Shown in pieces: positions 20,327 through 29,632 of a stretch of 64,000 bases of DNA. The first letter of the stretch is position 1. The number at the start of each line of letters is the position of its first letter. The notes beneath the pieces were generated by a model. That model worked only from the letters and a program-made list of their open reading frames with translations, was not told where the DNA came from and did not search any database. This DNA is from Candidatus Latescibacterota bacterium (lineage in GTDB: Bacteria > Latescibacterota > UBA2968 > GCA-2709665): NCBI GenBank assembly GCA_965248435.1, contig OZ252100.1, forward strand, positions 1,696,001-1,760,000, given 5' to 3'. The translations under genes were made by a program, and so were the position numbers.

Positions 20327-21412
20327 ATGCAGTGCCTCGAAGATGATGACAAATTACTTAAAACAATGATGAACGACTATTGGAACCAAGACAAACAATA
20401 TCAAGCTGACACATTTTGGAAGAACTATGAAAATTGGAACTTACAGGTGTTATACGATTATGGGTTGTCAAATTTTCTGGCCAGACCAAACTCCTTCGGA
20501 AATGCCATTACGTCCAAATTCATTCTTCCTAAACGCATCACTCTACGACTCAATAAGGTACTGAGGAGAATTGCGAATTTTTGTCGAAAGGTAAACGTAA
20601 GAACTCACCCCTTCAATGTGTACGACTGGGTGAAGGATAATCCTGCGCGCATCAGACAGATGTATGGAGGGTTGATGTGTGAAGCCTTGTTTTCGTTACC
20701 CAACGGAAATAGACTCATTGAATTGCATGATGAATTGATTGGAACCCCTCGTGAAGTATTTGAAGTAGGAGGCAAAAGGTTTAGTCTCAGCTTTATGAGA
20801 TACTTTTATAAAGCATTGATGATGGAAAAATATCTAAAGATTTCGAGTTCTACCTTCTTTTTTGAAATAGGTGCAGGCTATGGCGGACAGGCTCAAGTTC
20901 TCTTAAAGATGTTTCCACATCTACGAATATGTCTAACTGATTTGCCTCCTCAATTATATGTTATCGAACAATATCTTAAGGCAGTGTTCCCAGGCGAGGT
21001 CTTAGGATACACAGAAACAAGAAGCATGCAGACCATTGATAGAAACATTCTAGGAGAAAATAGGATTGTCATAGTGGCCCCATGGGAGCTCAATAAAATT
21101 GATGACGACGCTTTTGAAAATTTCACTAATCAGGCAAGCTTCCAGGAAATGAGTCACGGAACCGTCAAGAGATATTGTGATGAACTACATAGGCTTATAA
21201 CGAATGGGATCTTTCTGTATCAACAGAGAGAGGGTTGTGGAGGTGTCGAAAATCCCGTTACAAGAGATGACTATGTAGACTATTTATCTGAATTCAAGCT
21301 CGCTCATGAAATGACGACTTTGTTGGCAGCACATCCAAACGGACATCCCAACAAACTTTTGAATCATAATGATATCTATGTCTTTAAAAGAGAAACTGGG
21401 AGTTTCGCCTGA
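20327..21412 (+). CDS. Putative sugar O-methyltransferase
   Basis: FEIGAGYGG, DLPPQL, NQASFQEM; visibly more AT-rich than its neighbours. Confidence 0.75.
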   Translation: MQCLEDDDKLLKTMMNDYWNQDKQYQADTFWKNYENWNLQVLYDYGLSNFLARPNSFGNAITSKFILPKRITLRLNKVLRRIANFCRKVNVRTHPFNVYDWVKDNPARIRQMYGGLMCEALFSLPNGNRLIELHDELIGTPREVFEVGGKRFSLSFMRYFYKALMMEKYLKISSSTFFFEIGAGYGGQAQVLLKMFPHLRICLTDLPPQLYVIEQYLKAVFPGEVLGYTETRSMQTIDRNILGENRIVIVAPWELNKIDDDAFENFTNQASFQEMSHGTVKRYCDELHRLITNGIFLYQQREGCGGVENPVTRDDYVDYLSEFKLAHEMTTLLAAHPNGHPNKLLNHNDIYVFKRETGSFA

Positions 21413-21486
21413 TCTCCTCCTGGACTAGAATATGGAATTCAGAGGATGTCCAAACGGGCAAGAGAATCGGCTTGAGGTGAAGACTC

Positions 21487-22587
21487 GTGTCAAACAATAC
21501 TAGAATACTATTGTGCGGTGCAGGAAACCGGGCATTACCGAAGAATCCCGAAGGGTCTAATTTCGCGGGATGGGTAGAGATGATTCAGAAATCCACCTGC
21601 GCCGATCTGGTCGCCGCGCAGGACATCGAGGGGAAAAACCTACAGCGAATCGAAAGCTCTGGCGTCCTCCACTCAGATCAGCTGTTTACCGATCTGGAAG
21701 AAGCTCTTGAAAGTGTCCCGTGCGACGCCGTGCTCGTCTGTCCTATGGTAGAGGCTCACGCAGACTGCATTCGCAGGGCCTTGAAGTCGGGACGCCACGT
21801 CCTGGTCGAGAAACCTCTTGTGAGTAGACTTTCTGATGCGGTCGCACTCGCCAGGCAGGCGAAGCAGCGAGGGTTGACCGTTGGAGTCGTTCAGAATTGG
21901 CGGGGAAAGTCTGTTGGACAGGCCCTCAGAGAGGCGATCTCAGATCGGCAGATAGGAAGAGTCGGAAACATCTTCTTTCGCTACGTCCGCAATCGCGAAT
22001 ATATACATCTGCCAAGCTATCTCTTTGAGGAACCGTATCCCCTGCTTTACGCCATGGGGATACATCACCTTGACCTGTTCCGCTATATCCTGGGCGAGAA
22101 CATCGTTTCGGTATCTGGAACAGGATTCCGTCCACCATGGACCGGCTACAGTTCCTACCCGGGAGTTGCACTTAACATGGTCACTGAGAGCGGCGTGCAT
22201 ATCTCTTATGCAGGAACGTTTTCCTCGAAAGGCCAGCACACAGCCCTCGAGAATCTCCTCGTCGATGGTGAATTCGGTACATTGACCAACGAATCGGACT
22301 GGGGCGACCCCCCACTGATGCTCTCGACCACCGACTCACCCGAGGCGCGGGATCTGACGGCCGATGTCACGGCCCGGGACATCCGTTCTCAGTACGACCT
22401 GTCAGATACCCACATTCTCCAAGACTTCTGCGACTCAATTCGCCTGGGTCGCCCTCCCCTCTGCCCCATTGAAGACAATCTGTGGACTTTGGCCGCCCTG
22501 GAAGCCTCTGTAGAAGCCTGTGAAACCGAAGGGGAAGTCCAGGTCAGCAACGTCCTGGCTCGAGCAGGCCTGAACGGAGGTGTTTGA
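21487..22587 (+). CDS. Gfo/Idh/MocA oxidoreductase
   Basis: GAG Rossmann start, HVLVEKP, GIHHLDL. Confidence 0.9.
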   Translation: MSNNTRILLCGAGNRALPKNPEGSNFAGWVEMIQKSTCADLVAAQDIEGKNLQRIESSGVLHSDQLFTDLEEALESVPCDAVLVCPMVEAHADCIRRALKSGRHVLVEKPLVSRLSDAVALARQAKQRGLTVGVVQNWRGKSVGQALREAISDRQIGRVGNIFFRYVRNREYIHLPSYLFEEPYPLLYAMGIHHLDLFRYILGENIVSVSGTGFRPPWTGYSSYPGVALNMVTESGVHISYAGTFSSKGQHTALENLLVDGEFGTLTNESDWGDPPLMLSTTDSPEARDLTADVTARDIRSQYDLSDTHILQDFCDSIRLGRPPLCPIEDNLWTLAALEASVEACETEGEVQVSNVLARAGLNGGV

Positions 22588-23477
22588 AAATGGCGCGTGA
22601 ACCTGTCTGTCGGATTTGTGACTCTCCTGAGTCCGTAATCGTTTCAGAGGAAGTCTCCGGGGCGCCGGAGGCGAAGGTCTTCCAGTGCGTAGCGTGTGAC
22701 ATGGTCTACCTGCATCCCATCATGGGTGCTGACGAAGAATCAGATTTTTACGAACAGGACTTTCCGTCATACATGGAAGCTCGAAATGCGCCTGAGGGAG
22801 CCGAAGCCGCATCAAACTTCATTTCGAATCTTCCAGAAGCTGAACGCAGAATTGAGCTTATCCGACCCCATCTGGATGAAGCGATGTCAATCCTGGAGAT
22901 TGGAAGCTCCACCGGCCACTTTCTCTTTTCGCTCCAGGGTTATGTGGATTCGGTAACCGGGGTCGAACCAGGCCGAGCCTTCGCCGATTATGCCCGGTGT
23001 CTGGGAATTCGTACTTTCGAGAAGCTCGGAGACATCCAAAACGAGCAATTCGACGTCATTCTTCTCTATTATGTCCTCGAGCACATGCGCGATCCGATCG
23101 GCTTCCTCTCCGAAGTCCGAACCTACCTGAAGCCACACGGTAAGCTTCTGCTCGAGGTTCCTAATGTAGACGACGTGCTCTTCTCTACTTACGACATCCC
23201 TTCTTTTGGCCCGTTCTATTTCCAGAAGGCGCACTACTACAACTTCTCACGAATCACCCTGGAAGCCGTCATGGAAAAGAGTGGCTACAGACCTCAGATT
23301 CTTCCGGAGCAGCGCTACGATCTCTCGAACCACCTCCACTGGATGATGGCGGGGCGTCCCGGAGGAAAAGGCAAGTACTCGGAAGTATTCTCCAATACGC
23401 TGGAATCTGCGTATGCGGAAACGTTGAAACATCACTGGCTCTGCGATACCCTGTTCGGAGTCGGCTCAACATCTTGA
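22584..23477 (+). CDS. Class I SAM methyltransferase with N-terminal Zn finger
   Basis: CRIC...CVAC, LEIGSSTG, VLEH, EVPN. Confidence 0.85.
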   Translation: MKMAREPVCRICDSPESVIVSEEVSGAPEAKVFQCVACDMVYLHPIMGADEESDFYEQDFPSYMEARNAPEGAEAASNFISNLPEAERRIELIRPHLDEAMSILEIGSSTGHFLFSLQGYVDSVTGVEPGRAFADYARCLGIRTFEKLGDIQNEQFDVILLYYVLEHMRDPIGFLSEVRTYLKPHGKLLLEVPNVDDVLFSTYDIPSFGPFYFQKAHYYNFSRITLEAVMEKSGYRPQILPEQRYDLSNHLHWMMAGRPGGKGKYSEVFSNTLESAYAETLKHHWLCDTLFGVGSTS

Positions 23478-23487
23478 GCGTGGATCG

Positions 23488-24240
23488 ATGAAATTCGACG
23501 GAATCGAGGGAAAGCGGGTCCTCGTCACGGGATCCAGCAGAGGAATTGGAGCAGAGACAGCGGTTGCCTTTGCCGAGGCGGGTGCTGTGGTGGGGCTGCA
23601 CTGTAGAAACCGTAAGAATGGCGCAGAAACAGTCCTGAAACGCATACGGTCTACAGGCGCCACCGCCGATCTGTTTCAGGGCGATCTTCTGGATGTGGAG
23701 AATGCCTCCCAACTCATTGAAGCATTCGTCGAGCGATTCGGCGGAATAGACGTCCTCGTCAACAACGCCGGTTCTCCGATTCACACCAGACACGCCCTCG
23801 ACGTTGATGTGGGGACTTTCGAAGACACCCTAAGACTAAACACCTTGTCCCCTTTCTTCGTCGCGCAGAAGGCGATTTCCCAAATGAAACTACAGGGAAA
23901 CGCTGGAAGAATCATCAACGTCAGTTCAATTGGCGTCAAGTACGCGGGGTCAGATACGACATTGCACTACACCGCTGCGAAGGCGGCTTTGGAGACCATC
24001 ACGCGCAGCCTCGCCAAGATTGTCGCTCCTTGTAACATCCTGGTCAATGCGGTTCGACCGGGCGTTACCGATACCGATGCCGTTGAACACTATGTAAGCG
24101 ACAAACATGAAAGAGTGAGTCAGATCCCGTTGAAACGAATGGCCCATCCCAGTGAGATCTCGAACATGATCCTGTTCCTGGCTTCCAGTGCAGGCGACTT
24201 CATCACGGGACAGATTATTGCGGTGAGTGGAGGCGACTGA
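23488..24240 (+). CDS. Short-chain dehydrogenase/reductase (FabG-like)
   Basis: TGSSRGIG, NNAG, YTAAK, ITGQ. Confidence 0.92.
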   Translation: MKFDGIEGKRVLVTGSSRGIGAETAVAFAEAGAVVGLHCRNRKNGAETVLKRIRSTGATADLFQGDLLDVENASQLIEAFVERFGGIDVLVNNAGSPIHTRHALDVDVGTFEDTLRLNTLSPFFVAQKAISQMKLQGNAGRIINVSSIGVKYAGSDTTLHYTAAKAALETITRSLAKIVAPCNILVNAVRPGVTDTDAVEHYVSDKHERVSQIPLKRMAHPSEISNMILFLASSAGDFITGQIIAVSGGD

Positions 24241-24282
24241 GGCCCTGAACTCACTCCATTGGCCCAGGTTTTGCGCCGCAGT

Positions 24283-24462
24283 GCAAAATGGTTCCAACCG
24301 GCAGAAACTTCCCTCCTTCCGCGTTTCTCGCACGCCTCTATAGCCCAAACCCTCCAAACATTATTCATATAACATCATATTTTACCGGATCTTAGTTGTG
24401 CCTTCCTCGTACCCAGGACCCGGTATAGATATTGCTAAGGCTAAGTCTAAAGGTGCCGATAA
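24283..24462 (+). promoter_or_regulatory. Cassette 2: enhancer palindrome, AT-rich tract, sigma54 promoter, sigma28 promoter
   Basis: GGCAGAAACTTCC 24300-24312; CGGTATAGATATTGCT 24421-24436; TAAG-N15-GCCGATAA 24436-24462. Confidence 0.7.
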
Positions 24463-24601
24463 GTTACGTAGAAACCTGTAATTCCCTTTGCCATCCCCAT
24501 CCTCACCAGTTGTCGTATCCCCACCCAGTCTCAACCGGTCCCTGCAACGCCATCGGGCCAACCCAAGCAGAATTCAAGTCAGAAGACCAAGAGGTTCAAG
24601 A

Positions 24602-25558
24602 GTGAAAGTGTGTGTGTTTGGCGGTTCAGGTTTTGTAGGCAGTCACGTTTCGGAGGCGCTCGATAACGCTGGACACGAAGTTACAATCTTCGATCGACGC
24701 GACACAGAGTTCCGCCGCCCCCGCCAGCAATTCGTATCAGGGAACATTCTTGATCAGGATGCCGTTCTGGACGTTGTGCAGGGGAAGGACGTGGTCTACA
24801 ACTTTGCTGGGATCGCGGATATCGAGGAAGCACGCCAGCGGCCGCTCGATACGGCAAACGTCAACTTCATCGGAAACGCGACGCTTCTGGATGTATGTCG
24901 TCAAACCGGCATAAAGAGATATGTGTTCGCCAGCACGATCTATGTTTACAGTCGCTCGGGATCGTTTTACAGAGCAAGCAAACACGCCTCGGAACTCTAC
25001 ATCGAAGAGTATCAACGACAATACGGCCTGGACTATACGATTCTCAGATACGGCACGCTCTACGGACGTCGAGCCAACCTTCGAAACAACATTTACCGCT
25101 GCCTTCAGCAAGCCCTCGTACACAGAAAGATCGTCTATCGTGGAGATGGAGAGGACATCCGGGAGTATATCCACGTTGAAGACGCAGCCCAAAGCAGTGT
25201 AGATATCCTCTCGGATGAATTCAAGAATGAACACGTGATCCTCACAGGTCATCAGCCAATGAAAGTGAAAGACATGCTGGTGATGATCAGAGAAGTCGTC
25301 GGGGCTGATGTGGAAATCGAGTATGATGAACCGGATCACGAAAACTGGCATTACAAGGTCACGCCCTACTCCTTTACTCCGAAGATTGGAAAGAAGCTGA
25401 TTCGACACCACTACCTCGACCTGGGGCAGGGTCTGCTCGATTGCCTGGAAGAGATCCACGGCAGGCAGGTTCATTCGAAGGAACAAACAACATCCGATAG
25501 GAAAATTGCCTCTCTGAAACCTCTTCCGGTTGGTGGAAATGGCAAAGAAGACATCTAG
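24602..25558 (+). CDS. NAD-dependent epimerase/dehydratase
   Basis: Likely GTG start at 24602 (MKVCVFGGSGFVG); YRASK, LRYGTLYG, REYIHVED. Confidence 0.88.
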   Translation: MKVCVFGGSGFVGSHVSEALDNAGHEVTIFDRRDTEFRRPRQQFVSGNILDQDAVLDVVQGKDVVYNFAGIADIEEARQRPLDTANVNFIGNATLLDVCRQTGIKRYVFASTIYVYSRSGSFYRASKHASELYIEEYQRQYGLDYTILRYGTLYGRRANLRNNIYRCLQQALVHRKIVYRGDGEDIREYIHVEDAAQSSVDILSDEFKNEHVILTGHQPMKVKDMLVMIREVVGADVEIEYDEPDHENWHYKVTPYSFTPKIGKKLIRHHYLDLGQGLLDCLEEIHGRQVHSKEQTTSDRKIASLKPLPVGGNGKEDI

Positions 25559-27494
25559 ATCCGACTCGGAAAACAAGGAATTACACCAAAGCCCTTGTTT
25601 AATCCTTACCGACGGTTACAGCATTGATCGCCTCGTGAAACTCGTCTCATCCTTGCCGATTGAGCGATGGATCTACCTCGGACACAATGCCATCACTCGA
25701 TTACATCTGGAGAAAGCTTTCGGCGGCGGGATTCCCAGAACCTCAATCGTCGAGACGATGGACAAGATAACAAAAAGGCTAAAGCCTGAATTCCTGAACC
25801 TGATAGGAAAGCTCGCACTTCGGAATTCATCCCCCTTGTGGTGGAGCACGAAGCTGGCCGCAAAGGATCCGCACCATTCCGCACTCTTTCCTGAGATCTG
25901 TCTAATGAGCCTGGGAAAGAACCTGCTGCGGCAATCTAAAGGTCGTCCCTCCGCGATCCTGGTGGAGAACCCTACAGTCTGGGAGTCGCTGAAAGATTTC
26001 GCAGAAGAAGCAAATGTTCCCGTTCGGAATTATTCTTCTGCAAGGAGTCGCTGGCGGAGGCCATTGGTACGATGTCTAAGAGGTGTAAGGCGACATCTCT
26101 GGATGTGGCGCCAGATCCGATCCAGGCAGCGCGAACTGATCAGACGTGGCCTGAGGACAATTCCCGCGTTCTCGGGTGAGAGAACGGCACTCCTTTTCAC
26201 GTGGGTTGACCATAGGAACTTCACGGATTCAGGTGAGTATCAAGACCCACACTTTGGCCCGCTTCCGAACCACCTGCAAAAGCGTGGATATCGGCTGGTC
26301 TACGTTGCACGACTGCTCAATTCTGTTGAGTTCGGTCCCACATTAGACCGACTTCAACAAACCGGGGAGTCATTCATCTATCCGGAAGCAGCCCTAGGAA
26401 AAGCTCAAATCCTGCGCACTATGTGGCAGGCGCTCAGATATCGCCCCACGCTGCCAGATCCAATCTCCCTTGACGGAATGGAAGTCACAGACCTGGTTCG
26501 GCAGCACGTGCGTGACGAGTGGGAGACGACCTCTCACGCGACAGCAATGACATCTTACTATGCAATGCAGATTCTCGCTGATCTTGGTGTTCAACCCGAG
26601 ACTATCTTCTACACGCACGAAGGCCACAACTGGAGTCACGCCATGGGGCTGGGCGTAAAGAGCTTTATGCCCAACACCCATATCACGGCGTTCGTGAACC
26701 TTATATCTGCTCCGATGCTGCTCTCGCTCCACGCGTCTCGAGACGAACTCAGCTGTATGCCCCTCGCGGAAAAGTACGTCACTCACGGTCCCCATTCAGC
26801 CCAAGAGTTGAAACAGGAGGGATACCCCAAAAACCGAGTCCTTGATGGAGCCGCAATTCGGCATGACTACATTTGGAAACGTCCCGCAAGGACAACTGCT
26901 CCCGTCTTGGCCGGCAAAGCGCGGGTTCTGATCGTACCCCATATCGACATGGCGGATGCAGTCGAGCTCGTAGTCAAAGCCTCAAAGGCATTTTCTGGCC
27001 TTCCCGACTATGATCTCATCGCAAAGTGTCACCCCGCTGTCCAGACAGAAGCGCTCGTGAGAGAGCTCGATCGGCATCTCGACAGCATCGACATTGAGTT
27101 TTCCGATGCCCCCATAGCAGAACTCCTGCCACAGGTGAATGTACTCTTGTACACATACACTTCTGTCTGCTTTGAAGCGCTTGCGCACGGCGTCCCGCCC
27201 GTATACGTCCATCCCGAAAACTGGCTGTGCATGGATCAACTGAGTGGCTCCCCTGACTGTCGGTGGACGGCTACGAGCCCCGAGGAGCTTCGAAACACCG
27301 TCGCTCAGGTTTTGGATATGTCGGAAGCATCTTGGAAGGTGTGGTACACGCGGGCAAGGCAGGAGCTAGAGACGTATCTACCTCCTGTGACCGAAGATCG
27401 ACTCGACCGTTTCCTCTTCAATCATGGCCAAGCAGATTCCCATTCCTTCACTTCCAAAAGTTCCAAAGCCTTCAGAAAAATAGGAAATTCCTGA
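25539..27494 (+). CDS. Large surface-carbohydrate biosynthesis protein, putative GT-B transferase
   Basis: About 650 aa; HEGHNW, KCHP, YTYTSVCFEALAHGVP. Confidence 0.5.
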   Translation: MAKKTSRSDSENKELHQSPCLILTDGYSIDRLVKLVSSLPIERWIYLGHNAITRLHLEKAFGGGIPRTSIVETMDKITKRLKPEFLNLIGKLALRNSSPLWWSTKLAAKDPHHSALFPEICLMSLGKNLLRQSKGRPSAILVENPTVWESLKDFAEEANVPVRNYSSARSRWRRPLVRCLRGVRRHLWMWRQIRSRQRELIRRGLRTIPAFSGERTALLFTWVDHRNFTDSGEYQDPHFGPLPNHLQKRGYRLVYVARLLNSVEFGPTLDRLQQTGESFIYPEAALGKAQILRTMWQALRYRPTLPDPISLDGMEVTDLVRQHVRDEWETTSHATAMTSYYAMQILADLGVQPETIFYTHEGHNWSHAMGLGVKSFMPNTHITAFVNLISAPMLLSLHASRDELSCMPLAEKYVTHGPHSAQELKQEGYPKNRVLDGAAIRHDYIWKRPARTTAPVLAGKARVLIVPHIDMADAVELVVKASKAFSGLPDYDLIAKCHPAVQTEALVRELDRHLDSIDIEFSDAPIAELLPQVNVLLYTYTSVCFEALAHGVPPVYVHPENWLCMDQLSGSPDCRWTATSPEELRNTVAQVLDMSEASWKVWYTRARQELETYLPPVTEDRLDRFLFNHGQADSHSFTSKSSKAFRKIGNS

Positions 27495-27495
27495 C

Positions 27496-28425
27496 GTGAT
27501 CAAACAGACCCTGAGGAGAGGCTGGTACACATTCTTTGCTGCCCACCCATTGAGCTATCCAGCCCGTTTCATTCTTTGGACTATGTCTTCGAAGCATCGG
27601 TCTGAATACCTGGGCGGCTTTCTTTCCGGCAATGAAAAACGGTGGCCCCGGCTGGACAAGATGATCAGGAAAGAGGTATGCAGGCAGTACTACTCCAAAC
27701 CTGATGGAGAAATCAGAAAACTCAACAGAGAAAAGTTCTGGGGAGCGTCAACTGGAAAACAGTGGCACCAGGCCAAAAGAGAGAGTTACAACGATCCGGG
27801 TCGATTCCTTAAGATCAGGGGCATCCTGGTCTCCCAGCTCTCTGAGTTGCTCTCAGAAGATTCTAGCTACGATACAATCATTGAGATAGGCACTGGAAAT
27901 GGAATGTTCATCCAACATCTCTCCAAAAAGTTCCCCGACGTTAAGAACTTCATCGGTATCGATCTTAATGAGGAACAGATCTTAGAAAACAAAGCCACCT
28001 ACAAGGATTCAAATATACACTTCGTTCACGACGAGGTAACGGATTGGGTACGCAAGAATGACATTCAAAACAGCATATTTGTTTCCTGTGGAACGTTTGA
28101 ATACTTTACCCAAACCGAACTTCAGGAGCTCCTTGAATTCATTCAGAACACTTCGCGTCCATCGGCCTTTGCCATTTGCGAGCCTGTTAACATTGACCTG
28201 AGCCGTGAACTGGTTTCGCAGCCTAGAGGAAACATCGCCTTCAGCCACAACTATCCATACCTGTTTAGGTGTCATCACTATGGGGTATTCCGACAAAACG
28301 TTGTACAAATTCGTTCGGATGTCCCCTTCTATAACAATGTGATCATGGTATCGAGATCTCAGTTTGTACCTGAAATGACACGCTCGATTACCCAAAAGCA
28401 GTGTTGCTTGGACGCAACAACATAG
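27496..28425 (+). CDS. Class I SAM methyltransferase
   Basis: IIEIGTGNG, GIDLN. Confidence 0.8.
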   Translation: MIKQTLRRGWYTFFAAHPLSYPARFILWTMSSKHRSEYLGGFLSGNEKRWPRLDKMIRKEVCRQYYSKPDGEIRKLNREKFWGASTGKQWHQAKRESYNDPGRFLKIRGILVSQLSELLSEDSSYDTIIEIGTGNGMFIQHLSKKFPDVKNFIGIDLNEEQILENKATYKDSNIHFVHDEVTDWVRKNDIQNSIFVSCGTFEYFTQTELQELLEFIQNTSRPSAFAICEPVNIDLSRELVSQPRGNIAFSHNYPYLFRCHHYGVFRQNVVQIRSDVPFYNNVIMVSRSQFVPEMTRSITQKQCCLDATT

Positions 28426-28536
28426 CGGGACCCACATTTCACCTCTGCCTTTTTGGCAGTTAATCCTAGCTGCGATGTCAACTCAAAGTCTTGCCTTTCG
28501 ACCGCATCATAATATCACAAACCCTCTGGAACAACC

Positions 28537-29565
28537 ATGTTAGAATTTTCCCAAAGTAAAAAAGGCAGGGTAGTCTCTATCGTCGTACCTGTTCGCAATG
28601 AGCAAGAAAGTATTCCACAGCTCTATAACCGTGTGCAAGCAGTCATGGAGCAGGATGCGTTGCCGTTCGAACTGATTGTTGTTGATGATGGAAGTACGGA
28701 TCGATCGCTCGAGATCCTGAAGCGGCTTGAAAATCAGGATTCCCGTGTGAGGTACCTGAGTTTCTCCCGAAACTTTGGACATCAGAGTGCGATCCTCGCA
28801 GGCCTGGACCACAGCGTGGGCGATGCTGTGATTTCAATGGATGCCGATCTGCAGCATCCACCAGAGCTAATTCATAGGATGCTTGAGCTGTGGCGTCAGG
28901 GCTACGAGGTGGTCTACACAGTAAAGCGCGAGGACCACTCATTGAATCTTTTCAGGCGGGTGTTACACCGTCTCTTCTACTGGGTACTCAGCAAGTTGTC
29001 GGGGATGAAGCTTTCATTCGGTCAGACCGACTTTCGTTTGATGGATCGAAAGGCCGTGGACGCCATTTGCGGGATGCCGGAACGAAAGAAGTTCCTAAGA
29101 GGTTTGGTGAGCTGGATAGGATTCCGTCAAACTCAGGTCGAGTATGACGTCCCCACTCGATTTGCAGGCGAATCTAAGCTTCTGAGTTTGCGGCACCGAT
29201 TGGGATTTGCATTAGACGGAATTCTGGGCTTTTCAATCGTTCCACTAAGGGTCTTTATCTTCTTCGGTCTGTTCGTATCGAGCACAGCACTCCTTTACGG
29301 CACCTACGTGACAGGTCTTGCCCTACACGACCTGCTCACAGGCCACACAGGTCGCTTCGTGCTAGGCTGGGCAACGGTGGTTGCTGCCATACTGTTTATC
29401 GGCGGTGTGCAGTTGATTGGTCTAGGTGTTCTTGGAGAGTACCTCATTCGTGTCTTTGATGAAACCAAACAGCGCCCCCTCTACCTTGTCCGCCAAAAGT
29501 CGACAGGACTGGATGCATCGTTTCAAAAGACGGAGCAAGAGATCATTTCCACAACACTAAGTTGA
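28537..29565 (+). CDS. GT2 polyprenyl-phosphate glycosyltransferase (GtrB/ArnC-like)
   Basis: VDDGSTD, SRNFGHQ, MDADLQHPP, DFRLMDR, two C-terminal TM helices, RPLY. Confidence 0.92.
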   Translation: MLEFSQSKKGRVVSIVVPVRNEQESIPQLYNRVQAVMEQDALPFELIVVDDGSTDRSLEILKRLENQDSRVRYLSFSRNFGHQSAILAGLDHSVGDAVISMDADLQHPPELIHRMLELWRQGYEVVYTVKREDHSLNLFRRVLHRLFYWVLSKLSGMKLSFGQTDFRLMDRKAVDAICGMPERKKFLRGLVSWIGFRQTQVEYDVPTRFAGESKLLSLRHRLGFALDGILGFSIVPLRVFIFFGLFVSSTALLYGTYVTGLALHDLLTGHTGRFVLGWATVVAAILFIGGVQLIGLGVLGEYLIRVFDETKQRPLYLVRQKSTGLDASFQKTEQEIISTTLS

Positions 29566-29632
29566 TGTTGGACCGAGACAAGCTACAGGCCAAAGCACTT
29601 ACCCACCTATATCTCCAACAAAATAATTTCTA

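Noticed and set aside
24488-24601. 38-aa N-terminal extension on the epimerase
   Set aside because: Translation of the C-rich leader; family similarity begins at GTG 24602.
24737-25576. 279-aa minus-strand ORF
   Set aside because: Antisense shadow of a clear epimerase gene with no recognisable motifs.
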